From Bacillota bacterium (GTDB taxonomy: Bacteria; Bacillota; UBA5301; JAMCQP01), in contig JAMCQP010000117.1 of the NCBI GenBank assembly GCA_023381695.1, positions 10,489 to 74,488 of the forward strand: a DNA stretch of 64,000 bases. Reading direction: 5' to 3'. Below are positions 19,074-28,602 of this stretch, in pieces (position 1 is the stretch's first letter; each line of letters starts with the position of its first letter). A program made the translations under genes and the position numbers. The notes under the pieces are model-generated. The model was not told the origin of the DNA, ran no database searches, and saw only the letters and a list, made by a program, of their open reading frames with translations.

Positions 19074-19634
19074 TTACCCCGTGGAGTTTTTGACTCCTGT
19101 CCAGTCTTGGGCTAGCATTCCGTAGACGATATGATCGACAAAGTGGTCATATAACCACTCGGATTGGCGGATACATCCCTCGTTCCGGAATCCCAGCCGT
19201 TCCGGGATCGCCCTGCTTTTGAGGTTTTCGACAGCAGCTCGAATTTCCACTCTGTTCAAATTGTACTCGCCGAACGCAATATCCACCAGAGCCCGGACTG
19301 AGTTTGTCATGATACCCTGCCCTTGAAATCGCTTTCCAAGCCAATACCCGATGTTGGTCGAGCGATTCGGCCAATCAATCCGGTGAAAACCGATAACTCC
19401 AGCGAGTTGGCCTTTATACCAGATTCCTGTTTGAAATCCGTTATTTGATGCGAACTGGTTCAGGGTTGCCTTGATAAACGAACGCGTATCTTCCACTGTT
19501 TTGGTTGAATCTACCCATGGAAGCCATTCTCGTAGACAATTTCTCGACTCATCAGTTTGAGCAAATATTTCTTCGGCATCATGCAGCTCCAACAGTTTCA
19601 ACTGGATGTCGTCGTTGACTTTGTGGCTAAACAA
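19074..19634 (-). CDS. RimL/YdaF-type GNAT N-acetyltransferase
   Basis: LREWLPWV, IGYWLGKRFQGQGIMT, LNRVEIRAAVENLKSRAIPERLGF; TTG with GGAGGAG. Confidence 0.92.
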   Translation of the reverse strand: MFSHKVNDDIQLKLLELHDAEEIFAQTDESRNCLREWLPWVDSTKTVEDTRSFIKATLNQFASNNGFQTGIWYKGQLAGVIGFHRIDWPNRSTNIGYWLGKRFQGQGIMTNSVRALVDIAFGEYNLNRVEIRAAVENLKSRAIPERLGFRNEGCIRQSEWLYDHFVDHIVYGMLAQDWTGVKNSTG

Positions 19635-19646
19635 GCCGTTCTCCTC

Positions 19647-20111
19647 CTATCTTTCCAGATCGTTCAATTGATGGGAGTTAAGTGAACCGGAAGGCCTGTT
19701 TTGCTTCGGATGACCCTGATGGCTTCCCGCAAGATGGTCCTGCCAAGACCACGCCCCTGATACTCGGGCAGGACGCACAGGCCATAGATGAACGCGCATT
19801 CGGCCGCGAAGGCCATAAAAACCTTTCCCACGGGTTTTTCGGCGAAAAGCGGGGTGGATCATCCCGTTCAATTCGATTTCTCGGGAACCAAACCCGTATA
19901 AGGCCAGGTAGCCGATCAAACGGCCGTCCTGGTGGCTGCCCTGGTAGCAAAAGAAATCGTTCGTCTGATCCAGGGAACGGTTTTTGAGCATCTCCCAATT
20001 CAGTTTGAGTTGGATGCCGTCGTGCTGCTCACAGATGTCCGCCAGCCGCCGGATCTCTTGCAACTCCTCCGTGGAAAGCCCCTGCCGAAGCCGTATCTTT
20101 TGATTCCGCAT
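19647..20111 (-). pseudogene. Tandem-GNAT gene with internal deletion
   Basis: Domain 1 (QLKLNWEML...GMIHPAFRRK) ends at about 19836; another frame resumes KPVGKV...IYGLCVLPEYQGRGLGRTIL (domain 2). Confidence 0.75.
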
Positions 20112-20173
20112 GCGCTTCTTCCCCGCTTTTACCCAATCTTCGTCGGTGAGATTTAGAATCCTCAACATCTATT

Positions 20174-21133
20174 TTATTGTTGCAGAAGTATCCGCTCTAT
20201 GTCGTGGAGTACGCGGAGACTGTGCTCATCCGGCGCCTTCCCGGCCAGGTCATGGTTACGAAACCTGGCGTTGACCAACAAAACCACATTTTCAGCCAGG
20301 ATCTCGTCAGGATGAATCAGGTAGTCGGTGTTCCGGCCGACCTGCTCGTAGAAGCCCTTGACCGTTTCCAGGTTTACGGGCCGGGGGAATCCGTCTCCCC
20401 CAACGACCCTCCACCAGCCATCCCGGAACTCCAGCTCAAAGAACCCGGAGTTTAACTTCCCATCCCAGAAGACTACCGGCGTAATCCAGGCGTCCTCACC
20501 CCGGTTGTTTTCGACCTTGATGGCATAAGAACAGTCGGCTCCATCGGGATTGGTCATGCGTCTCCCGGTGAGAAATCCGCCCAGGTTGAGTGGCTCAAGC
20601 CTGGAAAACCCTATCCGTTGGTAAAGAAGCGCCTTTTTATCTGGATTAAGCCGCGAATAAACATGGAATGTCTCGTGAAGCATGAGGGCCGCCAAATTGG
20701 CCATATCCCCGCCGGCCAGGCGGTGGTTAAAGGCCGGCTCGGGGATTACGATGGAGTCGCCGCGGGTGTAGAAGTACCCGAACTCCTCGGCCCCGCTCGT
20801 CTTTATAAAACGCCATTTCTGCGGTATGAGAGAGGCGTATGCTTCCCCACACTGATCGTGAACAAGCCGCAAGACCTCTGGCATGGCCTGCCGTTCCCGG
20901 GCGGTCCAGTCCCTGACGCTTCGCCTGACGAAGGCCTTGAACCGCTCCAGGCCTGGCTTGTCCACGCCTTTTGCGCCATCTGCACTCTCCACGCCCATTC
21001 GAACCGAGATATCCGTTTGGGTCAGAAGATCAAAGAACGAGCCAGCGGCATCCACCATGATTCGCTCCGCCGCTTCCGAGGCGTCAAGAAGCTGGACTTC
21101 CTTGCCGTCGGGGAAAATGTGAATCTGATCCAT
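20174..21133 (-). CDS. Hypothetical protein with HExxH zincin motif
   Basis: LMLHETFHVYSR and downstream YLIHPDEILAEN. Confidence 0.7.
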   Translation of the reverse strand: MDQIHIFPDGKEVQLLDASEAAERIMVDAAGSFFDLLTQTDISVRMGVESADGAKGVDKPGLERFKAFVRRSVRDWTARERQAMPEVLRLVHDQCGEAYASLIPQKWRFIKTSGAEEFGYFYTRGDSIVIPEPAFNHRLAGGDMANLAALMLHETFHVYSRLNPDKKALLYQRIGFSRLEPLNLGGFLTGRRMTNPDGADCSYAIKVENNRGEDAWITPVVFWDGKLNSGFFELEFRDGWWRVVGGDGFPRPVNLETVKGFYEQVGRNTDYLIHPDEILAENVVLLVNARFRNHDLAGKAPDEHSLRVLHDIERILLQQ

Positions 21134-21168
21134 GTATTCTTCCCTCTCCCACTTCCAAGATTGCCAAG

Positions 21169-22038
21169 TTAACTGTTACCATGGGCACTCTGGTATAAGA
21201 ATTTTAAGATGGCGGCATTGACAAACTCGGGATCTTCCATATTCATCAAGTGCCCGGTTTTTGGCATGATCTCCACTTGAATATCGGGAATCAACTTTTC
21301 AGCTCTCGCCGCGGCTTTTTCGGCACTTCCGATCGGATTGTCGCTCCCACCCAGAACCAATAAAACAGGAGCCTTGATCCGTCTTAGATTGTCGCCACTG
21401 ATCGCATACGGTGTTCCCAGCCTGTTACGGCAGTTCACCGCGGTAAGCATGTATTCCGTATAAGCATCCCTGGCCCGCGGATTATCCCCCAGGGTCCACT
21501 GGATAAGGCTTCTTTTGTTGGCTTGAACCGGAAATAAAACCACTGACATCAGACGGAAGAGCACCTGAAAAGAGGAACGGATGCCAAGCGGGCCGAGCAA
21601 TGCTATCCGATTAACCCGATCCGGGGCGTAGATGGCGTAATTCATGGTAATCCATCCCCCCATTGAGGCCCCGATGATGTCCGCCTTCTGGATTGAAAGC
21701 TGGTCGAAGACGTCAGTTAACCACAAACTGTACTCCCGGCCGTTCCTGGGATAGCGATCAAGGTTATCAAGCGCACTTTTCCCGAAGTCGCCGATTGTAT
21801 CCACGGCATACACACGGTATTCCCGGCTGAGAGCCGCGATGTTGGGAAGCCACATGGTGGAGGTCACTCCCATGGCATGAACCAAAACCAGCGGAGGCGC
21901 CTCTTTGGGCCCACTCATGATCACATGCGTGGTTCCATACCGGGTTTTTACATAACCCTCCTCGTAAGGTACCGGCCAGGTGGCAAGTTTCGCTTCATAC
22001 ATCGACATGATCTTGGCTTCGTTTTCCTGGGTGGTCAC
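21169..22038 (-). CDS. Alpha/beta hydrolase (carboxylesterase-like)
   Basis: VDTIGDFGKS, IGASMGG nucleophile elbow, TGHLMNME. Confidence 0.92.
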   Translation of the reverse strand: MTTQENEAKIMSMYEAKLATWPVPYEEGYVKTRYGTTHVIMSGPKEAPPLVLVHAMGVTSTMWLPNIAALSREYRVYAVDTIGDFGKSALDNLDRYPRNGREYSLWLTDVFDQLSIQKADIIGASMGGWITMNYAIYAPDRVNRIALLGPLGIRSSFQVLFRLMSVVLFPVQANKRSLIQWTLGDNPRARDAYTEYMLTAVNCRNRLGTPYAISGDNLRRIKAPVLLVLGGSDNPIGSAEKAAARAEKLIPDIQVEIMPKTGHLMNMEDPEFVNAAILKFLYQSAHGNS

Positions 22039-22050
22039 AAAGCACCTCCG

Positions 22051-22704
22051 TTATTTTGCAACCAAGTTTCCGATAAACTGGATGTGATTCGATATTCTTT
22101 CTTGAATAACCCCGGTATCCATGTGATAAGATTTCAAAATGGAGTACTCCGCCACCAACGCGTGTAAGGCGTATTGATAGGCAACCGCCAGTGTTTGCGG
22201 GTCAACTTCCTTGATTATTCCTTTGTCAGCCGCCTCGCGAAAGTATCTTTCCATCGCTTCCACCGGCCCTCGGTATAATCCCAGTAGAATATCTCTCGCC
22301 CGGGGGTTCCGGAATTGTTCGATGACAATGATCCGGTAGATTTTAGCCATCATGGGGGTGTCCGCGTATTTGAGAAACACCCTGAAAGACCTTTCCAAAA
22401 AGGTCGCCGGTGGAATTGAACCCATAATCTCTTTGATGCCGGGGGGTGGTTGCACCTTTTGCATTTCCGATAGGAAGTAATCAAAAATAGTATCCAGGAT
22501 CTCTTCTTTGCTTCGGAAGTGCTTGTATAAGGAGCTCTCTTTGATGCCGACCACACCGGTGATATCCCGGACCGACACCGCTCTGTAACCGTCACGCGAA
22601 AAAAGTTCGATCGCTGTTTCGAAGATCAACTCCTTTGTCGGTTTTCTGGCGGAACGGCCCGCAGATTCGTTCTCGCCTCTTGTTTTGGTTGGAATGGGAC
22701 TCAC
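22051..22704 (-). CDS. TetR/AcrR-family regulator
   Basis: IFETAIELFSRDGYRAVSVRDITGVVGIKESSLYKHFRSKEEIL. Confidence 0.93.
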   Translation of the reverse strand: MSPIPTKTRGENESAGRSARKPTKELIFETAIELFSRDGYRAVSVRDITGVVGIKESSLYKHFRSKEEILDTIFDYFLSEMQKVQPPPGIKEIMGSIPPATFLERSFRVFLKYADTPMMAKIYRIIVIEQFRNPRARDILLGLYRGPVEAMERYFREAADKGIIKEVDPQTLAVAYQYALHALVAEYSILKSYHMDTGVIQERISNHIQFIGNLVAK

Positions 22705-22711
22705 CTTCTTG

Positions 22712-22769
22712 GCTATCGTTCGTTAGCTGTTTTGCTTTCATTATACAGCTAACGAGTGTTATCCGTCAA
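22712..22769 (-). promoter_or_regulatory. TetR promoter and operator
   Basis: Minus strand TTGACG-18-TATAAT; perfect inverted repeat TCGTTAGCTGT 22720-22730 / ACAGCTAACGA 22745-22755. Confidence 0.7.
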
Positions 22770-22929
22770 GAGGGAGCGTGGCATACGTTCTTGATGAGCT
22801 TTGGCGCACAAACGGGTAGTTTACCTGGGCGAGGAAGACCATTGGATTCATGAGAAGAATGATTTTCGCCTCTTGCTGCTTCGCTACCTTTTCTCCCGCG
22901 GATGGCGGTACTGAGGAGGAACTAGGGTG

Positions 22930-23374
22930 GTATAAGCTTGGAAAAAGGCTGTATCCGTAAATGTAGAACGCCAGATAGATCAGCACAGGCCATCCGGTGA
23001 TACTTGCTCCCAGCCCTCCGGCGTCGAGGAGCAACCGAAAGAGAAAGTTCAGAAGCGGCGGAAGCACGAGCAACCCACCTGGTCCGACACGAAAGACCCT
23101 ACGGCTCCCTGCGCTTAAATTAGCCTTTTTGCGGGTCAAGCGAAAGAGGGGGCAGTGTGACTGTGGAAAAGAGGAACAGGAACAACAGGTACCACAAATG
23201 CAGCCCCATCCAGGCAAAGTTGCCGTTGGGGGCAATCCCGTACCATCCGTCAAAGTAGTGGGGCAAAAACCCGGCGAAGGAACCAGAAAACTGCCTGTGG
23301 GTGAGACGCTCAATGTACACCTGATGGGGCGAGAGAATGAAGACGACCAGTGCCCAGGGGACGGCGAGACGCAT
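22930..23374 (-). pseudogene. Internal fragment of an acyltransferase-3 (OpgC-like) membrane protein
   Basis: PHQVYIERL...NFAWMGLHLWYLLFLFLFS, then +1 base in the G5 run at 23148-23152, continuing PLFRL...GWPVLIYLAFYIYGY. Confidence 0.7.
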
Positions 23375-23383
23375 CAGTCTTTC

Positions 23384-23495
23384 CGCCCTTCTTCATCAAG
23401 CACGGGACGGCAGAACCCCAAAGCATAGCCAGATGCTCTACGATAAGCTCGTTTCCGTACTGGGACGGGACAAGGTAACACTGACTCTTCCCCAT
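23384..23495 (+). pseudogene. C-terminal scrap of an alpha/beta hydrolase
   Basis: Two frames give PPFFIKHGTAE... and SQMLYDKLVSVLGRDKVTLTL. Confidence 0.45.
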
Positions 23496-23496
23496 G

Positions 23497-25191
23497 TTAA
23501 ACTTCGAGAGTCAGGATGGCTTGCTTCACCAGGTTAAGGCGGCCGGGACTCATGCTCAGCTCGCGTACGCCCAGCCGGACGAGGGTCGCAGCCAGTTCGG
23601 GGGCGCCCGCCATCTCCCCGCAGACGCTCACGGGGATTCCGCGTTCGGCGCCCACCCGGACGACCGACGTGATCAAAGTCAACACCGCCGGATGATCGGA
23701 CCGGTAGAGCCGGGCCACGGCCTCGTTTCCCCGGTCGACTGCCAGCGTATACTGAGTGAGATCGTTGGTGCCAATGCTGAAGAAGTCGACTTCCGCCGCC
23801 AACTGGTCGGCCGCCAGCGCCGCGGCGGGAACCTCGACCATAATTCCCACGGGGACCGGCGGAACGGTCCTACCCTCGCTCAACAACTCTCGCCGGGCAG
23901 CATCGACCTCAACCTTGGCGGCGCGGACCTCTCCGACCTCCGTCACCATGGGCAGCATGATCGCCAGGTTCCCGTGCGCCGCCGCCTGTAAAATGGCCCG
24001 GAGTTGCGCCTTGAACATATCCGGCCGCGCCAAACTAAGCCTTAGCCCGCGTAGCCCGAGAAAGGGGTTGTCCTCCGGCGGGAGATCCAGGTACGGGAGG
24101 GGTTTGTCGCCACCGATGTCGGCCGTGCGGATATAGACCATGCGACCCGCCATGGCCTCCGCCACCCGGCGATAGGTCTGGAACTGTTCTTCTTCCGAAG
24201 GGGGCGCCGGGCGGTCCATGAACAGGAACTCCGTGCGGAAGAGGCCCACTCCCTCGGCTCCGGCGGCCAGCGCGGCGTCGACCTCCGCCGGGTTGCTCAG
24301 GTTGGCCTTGAGAGTGATGCGATTTCCGTCCCGAGTGACCGCCGGCAGCTTCGCCAGTGTCGCCAGTTCCCTGGCTTTGGCCCGGTGGGCGGCCGCTTTC
24401 TCCTGGTAGGAGGCCAACGTCCCGGCATCGGGATCGAGCACCACGACGCCGGACATGCCGTCCACTACCATCAACGCTCCGGGGGAGACTTCTTCGGCAA
24501 ACATGCCCAGCCCGACCACCGCTGGAATACCCAGAGCAGCGGCGAGAATCGCCGCGTGCGAGGCCCGGCCGCCCCGGCCGACCGCCAGACCGCCTAAGGC
24601 GCCGATTCCGGCCGGTAACACGTCGGACGGTTTGACCTCAGCCGCCACCAGAATCGGTGGAAAGTCCACCGCATCCATCCCAGGTTTACCCCCCACAGGT
24701 TCACCCACGGGTCCACCCATAGGTCCGCTCCCAACGGGAAGCGGTTCCTCAGCCGGGCAAATGAGGTGGGACAAGAGCCGTTCCTTGACGTCCCGCACGT
24801 CCTGAGCCCGCTCCCGGAGATACTCACCCGGCAGCGCTTCCAGGGCACGGGCTTGTCCCTCCATTACCTCCGACATCGCGTACTCCGCGGCTAGCCGTTC
24901 CTCCCGGATGCGGCGCGTTACAGCCTTCAGGACCTCGGGGTCTTCCACCATGAGCCGGTGCGCTTCGAAGATGCCTGCTTCGGCTTCCCCGACCCGGCGC
25001 CTGGCGGTTTCGTAGAGACGTGATAGTTCCTCCCGGGTGACCGCCAGGGTAGCCGTGAAGCGGGCCAACTCCGCCTCCTCTTGCCCGGGCTGAATCTCTT
25101 GCCGCTCGACGGGGTACGCCCCGGCCCGAAGCAAAATTGCCCGGCCAATGGCGATCCCGGGAGACGCTGCGATTCCGGTAAATGTGCGCAC
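23497..25191 (-). CDS. ptsI: PTS Enzyme I
   Basis: GIAASPGIAIG, ASHAAILA (phospho-His), GLFRTEFLF, SIGTNDLTQY, VCGEMAG; GTG 25191 after GGGAGG. Confidence 0.95.
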   Translation of the reverse strand: MRTFTGIAASPGIAIGRAILLRAGAYPVERQEIQPGQEEAELARFTATLAVTREELSRLYETARRRVGEAEAGIFEAHRLMVEDPEVLKAVTRRIREERLAAEYAMSEVMEGQARALEALPGEYLRERAQDVRDVKERLLSHLICPAEEPLPVGSGPMGGPVGEPVGGKPGMDAVDFPPILVAAEVKPSDVLPAGIGALGGLAVGRGGRASHAAILAAALGIPAVVGLGMFAEEVSPGALMVVDGMSGVVVLDPDAGTLASYQEKAAAHRAKARELATLAKLPAVTRDGNRITLKANLSNPAEVDAALAAGAEGVGLFRTEFLFMDRPAPPSEEEQFQTYRRVAEAMAGRMVYIRTADIGGDKPLPYLDLPPEDNPFLGLRGLRLSLARPDMFKAQLRAILQAAAHGNLAIMLPMVTEVGEVRAAKVEVDAARRELLSEGRTVPPVPVGIMVEVPAAALAADQLAAEVDFFSIGTNDLTQYTLAVDRGNEAVARLYRSDHPAVLTLITSVVRVGAERGIPVSVCGEMAGAPELAATLVRLGVRELSMSPGRLNLVKQAILTLEV

Positions 25192-25193
25192 GC

Positions 25194-25466
25194 CTATCCC
25201 TCCCCCAGCCCGCCTTCCACAAGCGCGCTCAGACACCGCACAGCTTCCTCCGCATCCTCGCCGACCGCCCGCAGCAGAACGCTTTGCCCTTGCTCAACCC
25301 CAAGCGACAGGATAGCCAGGATGCTCTTGGCGTTGGCCGGTGGAAATCCTTCCTTGACCACCTGCACCTCGGAGGAGAACTGCCCGGCGGCCTGCACCAG
25401 CAGCGCGGCAGGCCGGGCATGCAAACCTTCTTTGTTCTTCAAGGTCACCTGTTTTTCCGCGTGCAC
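25194..25466 (-). CDS. ptsH: HPr phosphocarrier
   Basis: GLHARPAA (His15), NAKSIL (Ser46). Confidence 0.95.
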   Translation of the reverse strand: MHAEKQVTLKNKEGLHARPAALLVQAAGQFSSEVQVVKEGFPPANAKSILAILSLGVEQGQSVLLRAVGEDAEEAVRCLSALVEGGLGEG

Positions 25467-25476
25467 CAGGACCCCT

Positions 25477-25538
25477 CACTTTACGTATTTCACTTTACGT
25501 ATTTCACTTTAGGTATTTCATTTTAGGTATTTCATTTT
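25477..25538. repeat. 14-bp tandem repeat, four copies plus a partial
   Basis: CACTTTACGTATTT x2, CACTTTAGGTATTT, CATTTTAGGTATTT, CATTTT; directly upstream of the ptsH RBS. Confidence 0.95.
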
Positions 25539-25664
25539 GCGCATTTATTCACCGGACCGGATAGAAAGCCGGAAAGGGCGGGGGCCAAAGATCCAAAGCC
25601 TCCTTGAGACCCCCGCGCCCTTGACCAGCTTGAACCAGCTTGGATCAGCTCGCGCCTGGCGATC

Positions 25665-26708
25665 CTACATCTCCACCGCCGCGCCCGCCTTAACTTCCGC
25701 CGTTACCTCCGTCTTCAACATATTCACCAGGAACGCCGTCACCACTGTGCCAGCAGCCAGCGCCACAAGGTACAGCGGGAAGTTGCCAATCAGCGGGATG
25801 ACAAAGATACCGCCATGGGGAGCCCGCAGCGTATTGCCAAAGACCATGGACAACGCGCCGGCCACCGCCGAGCCCGTCATAATGGACGGGATGACCCGCA
25901 GCGGATCGGCCGCGGCAAACGGGATGGCGCCCTCGGTAATGAAGGAGGCGCCCATAATCCAGGCCGCCTTGCCGGCTTCGATCTCCCGCGAATTGTATTT
26001 TTTCGGCGCCAGGACCGTCGCCAGCGCCAAACCCAGTGGCGGAGTCATGCCGGCGGCCATGATGGCGGCATGTGGCTGGAAAATGCCCGCAGAAATCATT
26101 GACAACCCGAACGTATAGGCAACCTTGTTCACCGGGCCGCCCATGTCGAAGGCCATCATCAGCCCAAGAACAATGCCCAGCACAATCATGTTGCCCTGGC
26201 TCATGTTCTTGAGCCAGTTGGTAAGCCCATCCATGATGGACTTGATCGGCGTCCCGATCACCAGGATCATCAACAGGCCCACAATGAGCGTCGCCACCAG
26301 CGGGATCACCAGGACCGGCATAAGCTTGCTGAAGCTCTTCGGCACCGGCCAGGACTTCACCCAGCCGGCCACGTAGCCGGCGAGCAGACCGCCGATGATC
26401 CCGCCGAGGAAGCCCGCCCCGATGGTCGTCGCCAGTTGTCCGGCGATCAAGCCAGGAGCGATACCCGGGCGGTCGGCGATGGCAAAGGCGATGAACCCGG
26501 CCAGGATTGGGACCATCAGCCCAAATGCCCCGCCACCGATCCGCATGAGATAGTCGGCGATAGAGCCCTGAACCTTAAAGCCCTCGTAGCCGCCAATGGC
26601 GAAGGAAAGAGCAATGAGAATGCCGCCGGCCGTGACGAACGGAATCATGTACGACACACCAGTCATCAGGCTATTACGAACGCTTACTTTTTGAACCACG
26701 GAAACCAC
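25665..26708 (-). CDS. PTS fructose-family EIIC
   Basis: LMTGVSYMIPFV, IADRPGIAPG, FDMGGPVNK, FITEGAIPFAAADP. Confidence 0.95.
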   Translation of the reverse strand: MVSVVQKVSVRNSLMTGVSYMIPFVTAGGILIALSFAIGGYEGFKVQGSIADYLMRIGGGAFGLMVPILAGFIAFAIADRPGIAPGLIAGQLATTIGAGFLGGIIGGLLAGYVAGWVKSWPVPKSFSKLMPVLVIPLVATLIVGLLMILVIGTPIKSIMDGLTNWLKNMSQGNMIVLGIVLGLMMAFDMGGPVNKVAYTFGLSMISAGIFQPHAAIMAAGMTPPLGLALATVLAPKKYNSREIEAGKAAWIMGASFITEGAIPFAAADPLRVIPSIMTGSAVAGALSMVFGNTLRAPHGGIFVIPLIGNFPLYLVALAAGTVVTAFLVNMLKTEVTAEVKAGAAVEM

Positions 26709-27121
26709 GACCTCCTTCCAGTTTCGGAGTTATTGGCATCGGGTGCGGGCCGTTCGGGCGCCGGTGCCTTCACCTCCTTCTCAACCGCGTTTTCTGCCTT
26801 TTCAACGCTTCCCCGCCGGGCCAACTCCTCGGCTCGGTTCAATACTTCATCCGGCTTGCGGATGGCCTCGGCGACCCCCACCTTCAGCACTGGCTTGTCG
26901 GCGAAGCGTTCCATCCCGTCCACTTTCATGTCCACTGCCAGGATTACCACCTCGGCCAACTGGACTTCAGCGTCGGAAAGCGCGTTCTCCAGGCCCATTG
27001 AGCCCTGGGTCTCGACCTTTATCACGTGGCCCCGTGCCTTCGCCGCCCGCTCCAGAGCTTCGGCCGCCATGTACGTATGGGCGATACCGGTCGGACAGGC
27101 TGTGACGCCGATAATCTTCAT
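26684..27121 (-). CDS. PTS fructose-family EIIB
   Basis: VTACPTGIAHTYMAAEAL, KVETQGS. Confidence 0.95.
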   Translation of the reverse strand: MKIIGVTACPTGIAHTYMAAEALERAAKARGHVIKVETQGSMGLENALSDAEVQLAEVVILAVDMKVDGMERFADKPVLKVGVAEAIRKPDEVLNRAEELARRGSVEKAENAVEKEVKAPAPERPAPDANNSETGRRSWFPWFKK

Positions 27122-27585
27122 GGTTGACTACCCCCTTCCCGGCGGGCAATAGCCGCCATAAATTCTTCCACACTCCCTGCCCCGGCCAACTCTGACCGGA
27201 AACCCTCGTCCATCAACATCCGGCTTAACTGGGCCAATACCTTAAGATGCAGGTTGTCGGCGCTATCCGGCGCGGCAATGAGAAAAATGAGGTGCGCCGG
27301 CGTTCCATCCGAGGCTCCAAAATAGATCCCGCCTTTCGAGCGGCCCACCGCCACCGCCGCCTGGCGCACAGCCGTCGACTTGCCGTGGGGAATGGCGATC
27401 CCAAGCCCAACTCCGGTTGGGCCTAACGCCTCCCGGGCCAGGACCGCCTCTTGAAAGGCCCCGGCGGAAACAAGCTTCCCCTGGGCGGCGAGGAGCCCTG
27501 TCAGTTCAGCAATGGCCTCATCCCGGCTGATGGCCGCCAGATTCAACCTGATCAGTTCAGGTTGTACGATGTCGCTTACACGCAT
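27118..27585 (-). CDS. PTS fructose-family EIIA
   Basis: REALGPTGVGLGIAIPHGK, HLKVLAQLSR. Confidence 0.93.
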   Translation of the reverse strand: MRVSDIVQPELIRLNLAAISRDEAIAELTGLLAAQGKLVSAGAFQEAVLAREALGPTGVGLGIAIPHGKSTAVRQAAVAVGRSKGGIYFGASDGTPAHLIFLIAAPDSADNLHLKVLAQLSRMLMDEGFRSELAGAGSVEEFMAAIARREGGSQP

Positions 27586-27589
27586 GGTT

Positions 27590-28552
27590 CTACCCCGCAA
27601 TCTGTCTGACTCGCACCTCGGACACCAGCGCGTCGATTCGGTCCCAGGAACTGAGGCCCGTTCCCGGTTCGCTCACCGCCGCACTGCCGGCTGCGACGGC
27701 ATATCTCAATGCCTCGGGGAGGCTTTTGCCACCCGATAGCGAGGCCACCAACACCGCCACCAGCGCGTCGCCCGCGCCCACCGTGTTCAGGACTTGGACT
27801 TTCGGGGGAATCAGCCGCCAAAGAGACCGCCCGGACGCGGCCAGCGCCCCCTGCTCGCCCAGGGAGACCACGGCCACCTCGGCGCCCAGCCCGAGCAGTT
27901 CCCGGGTTGCCGCCGCAACCTCTCTCTGGGTTCGGAACCGCGTCCCGAACAGATCTTCCAGCTCTTGCCGGTTCGGCTTGACCAGGAACGGCCCGGCTTG
28001 AGCTCCCAACCGGAGCGCCTCGCCGGCCGCATCCAGGACCGCCTTCCCTCCGCTGGCCTTTGTCACCGCGATCATTTCCGCATAAAGATCCGCCGGACAG
28101 CCACCCGGCAGGCTGCCCGAAAACACCACCAGTGGGCCGCGGGAAACCGCCTCGGCCACCTTGCGCCGGAGCAGCTCGATTTCGCCAGGCAGAACCTCCG
28201 GACCGGGGTCGTTGATCTCTGTCGTCCGCCCGGTGGTGGGATCGATGATCTTCAGGTTGGTCCGCGTTTCACCAGCGACGGATACAAAGTCGGTGGCGAT
28301 GCCCATCCCCCGCAGGAGATTATCGAGGTATTGGCCGGTATTTCCGGCAATAAAGCCCAGTGCGGCGGTCGCCCACCCCAGTCGGGCCAGCAGGCGGGAG
28401 ATGTTAATCCCCTTCCCCCCCGCGTCCAAACGGTAGCGGAGAACCCGGTTGACGCGTCCGAGCCGGCAGTCTTCCACCCAGATGGTCTTATCGATGGCCG
28501 GGTTAGGGGTGACCGTCACGATGAGGCTGGTTCCAGAAGCCACTTGTTTCAC
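27590..28552 (-). CDS. fruK: 1-phosphofructokinase (PfkB family)
   Basis: VTPNPAID, GGKGINIS, KPNRQEL, NTVGAGD. Confidence 0.9.
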   Translation of the reverse strand: MKQVASGTSLIVTVTPNPAIDKTIWVEDCRLGRVNRVLRYRLDAGGKGINISRLLARLGWATAALGFIAGNTGQYLDNLLRGMGIATDFVSVAGETRTNLKIIDPTTGRTTEINDPGPEVLPGEIELLRRKVAEAVSRGPLVVFSGSLPGGCPADLYAEMIAVTKASGGKAVLDAAGEALRLGAQAGPFLVKPNRQELEDLFGTRFRTQREVAAATRELLGLGAEVAVVSLGEQGALAASGRSLWRLIPPKVQVLNTVGAGDALVAVLVASLSGGKSLPEALRYAVAAGSAAVSEPGTGLSSWDRIDALVSEVRVRQIAG

Positions 28553-28602
28553 TTCCTGCCTGTTCCACTTTCAAGTTCGCACTCTCAAGCATGTTCGCGC
28601 TC

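Noticed and set aside
15285-23495. Integron cassette array
   Set aside because: Cargo types (GNATs, hydrolases) are suggestive, but I found no integrase or repeated attC-like RYYYAAC...GTTRRRY sites
25477-25538. Repeat array as a CRISPR
   Set aside because: Units are 14 bp and contiguous with no spacers; no cas genes in the window
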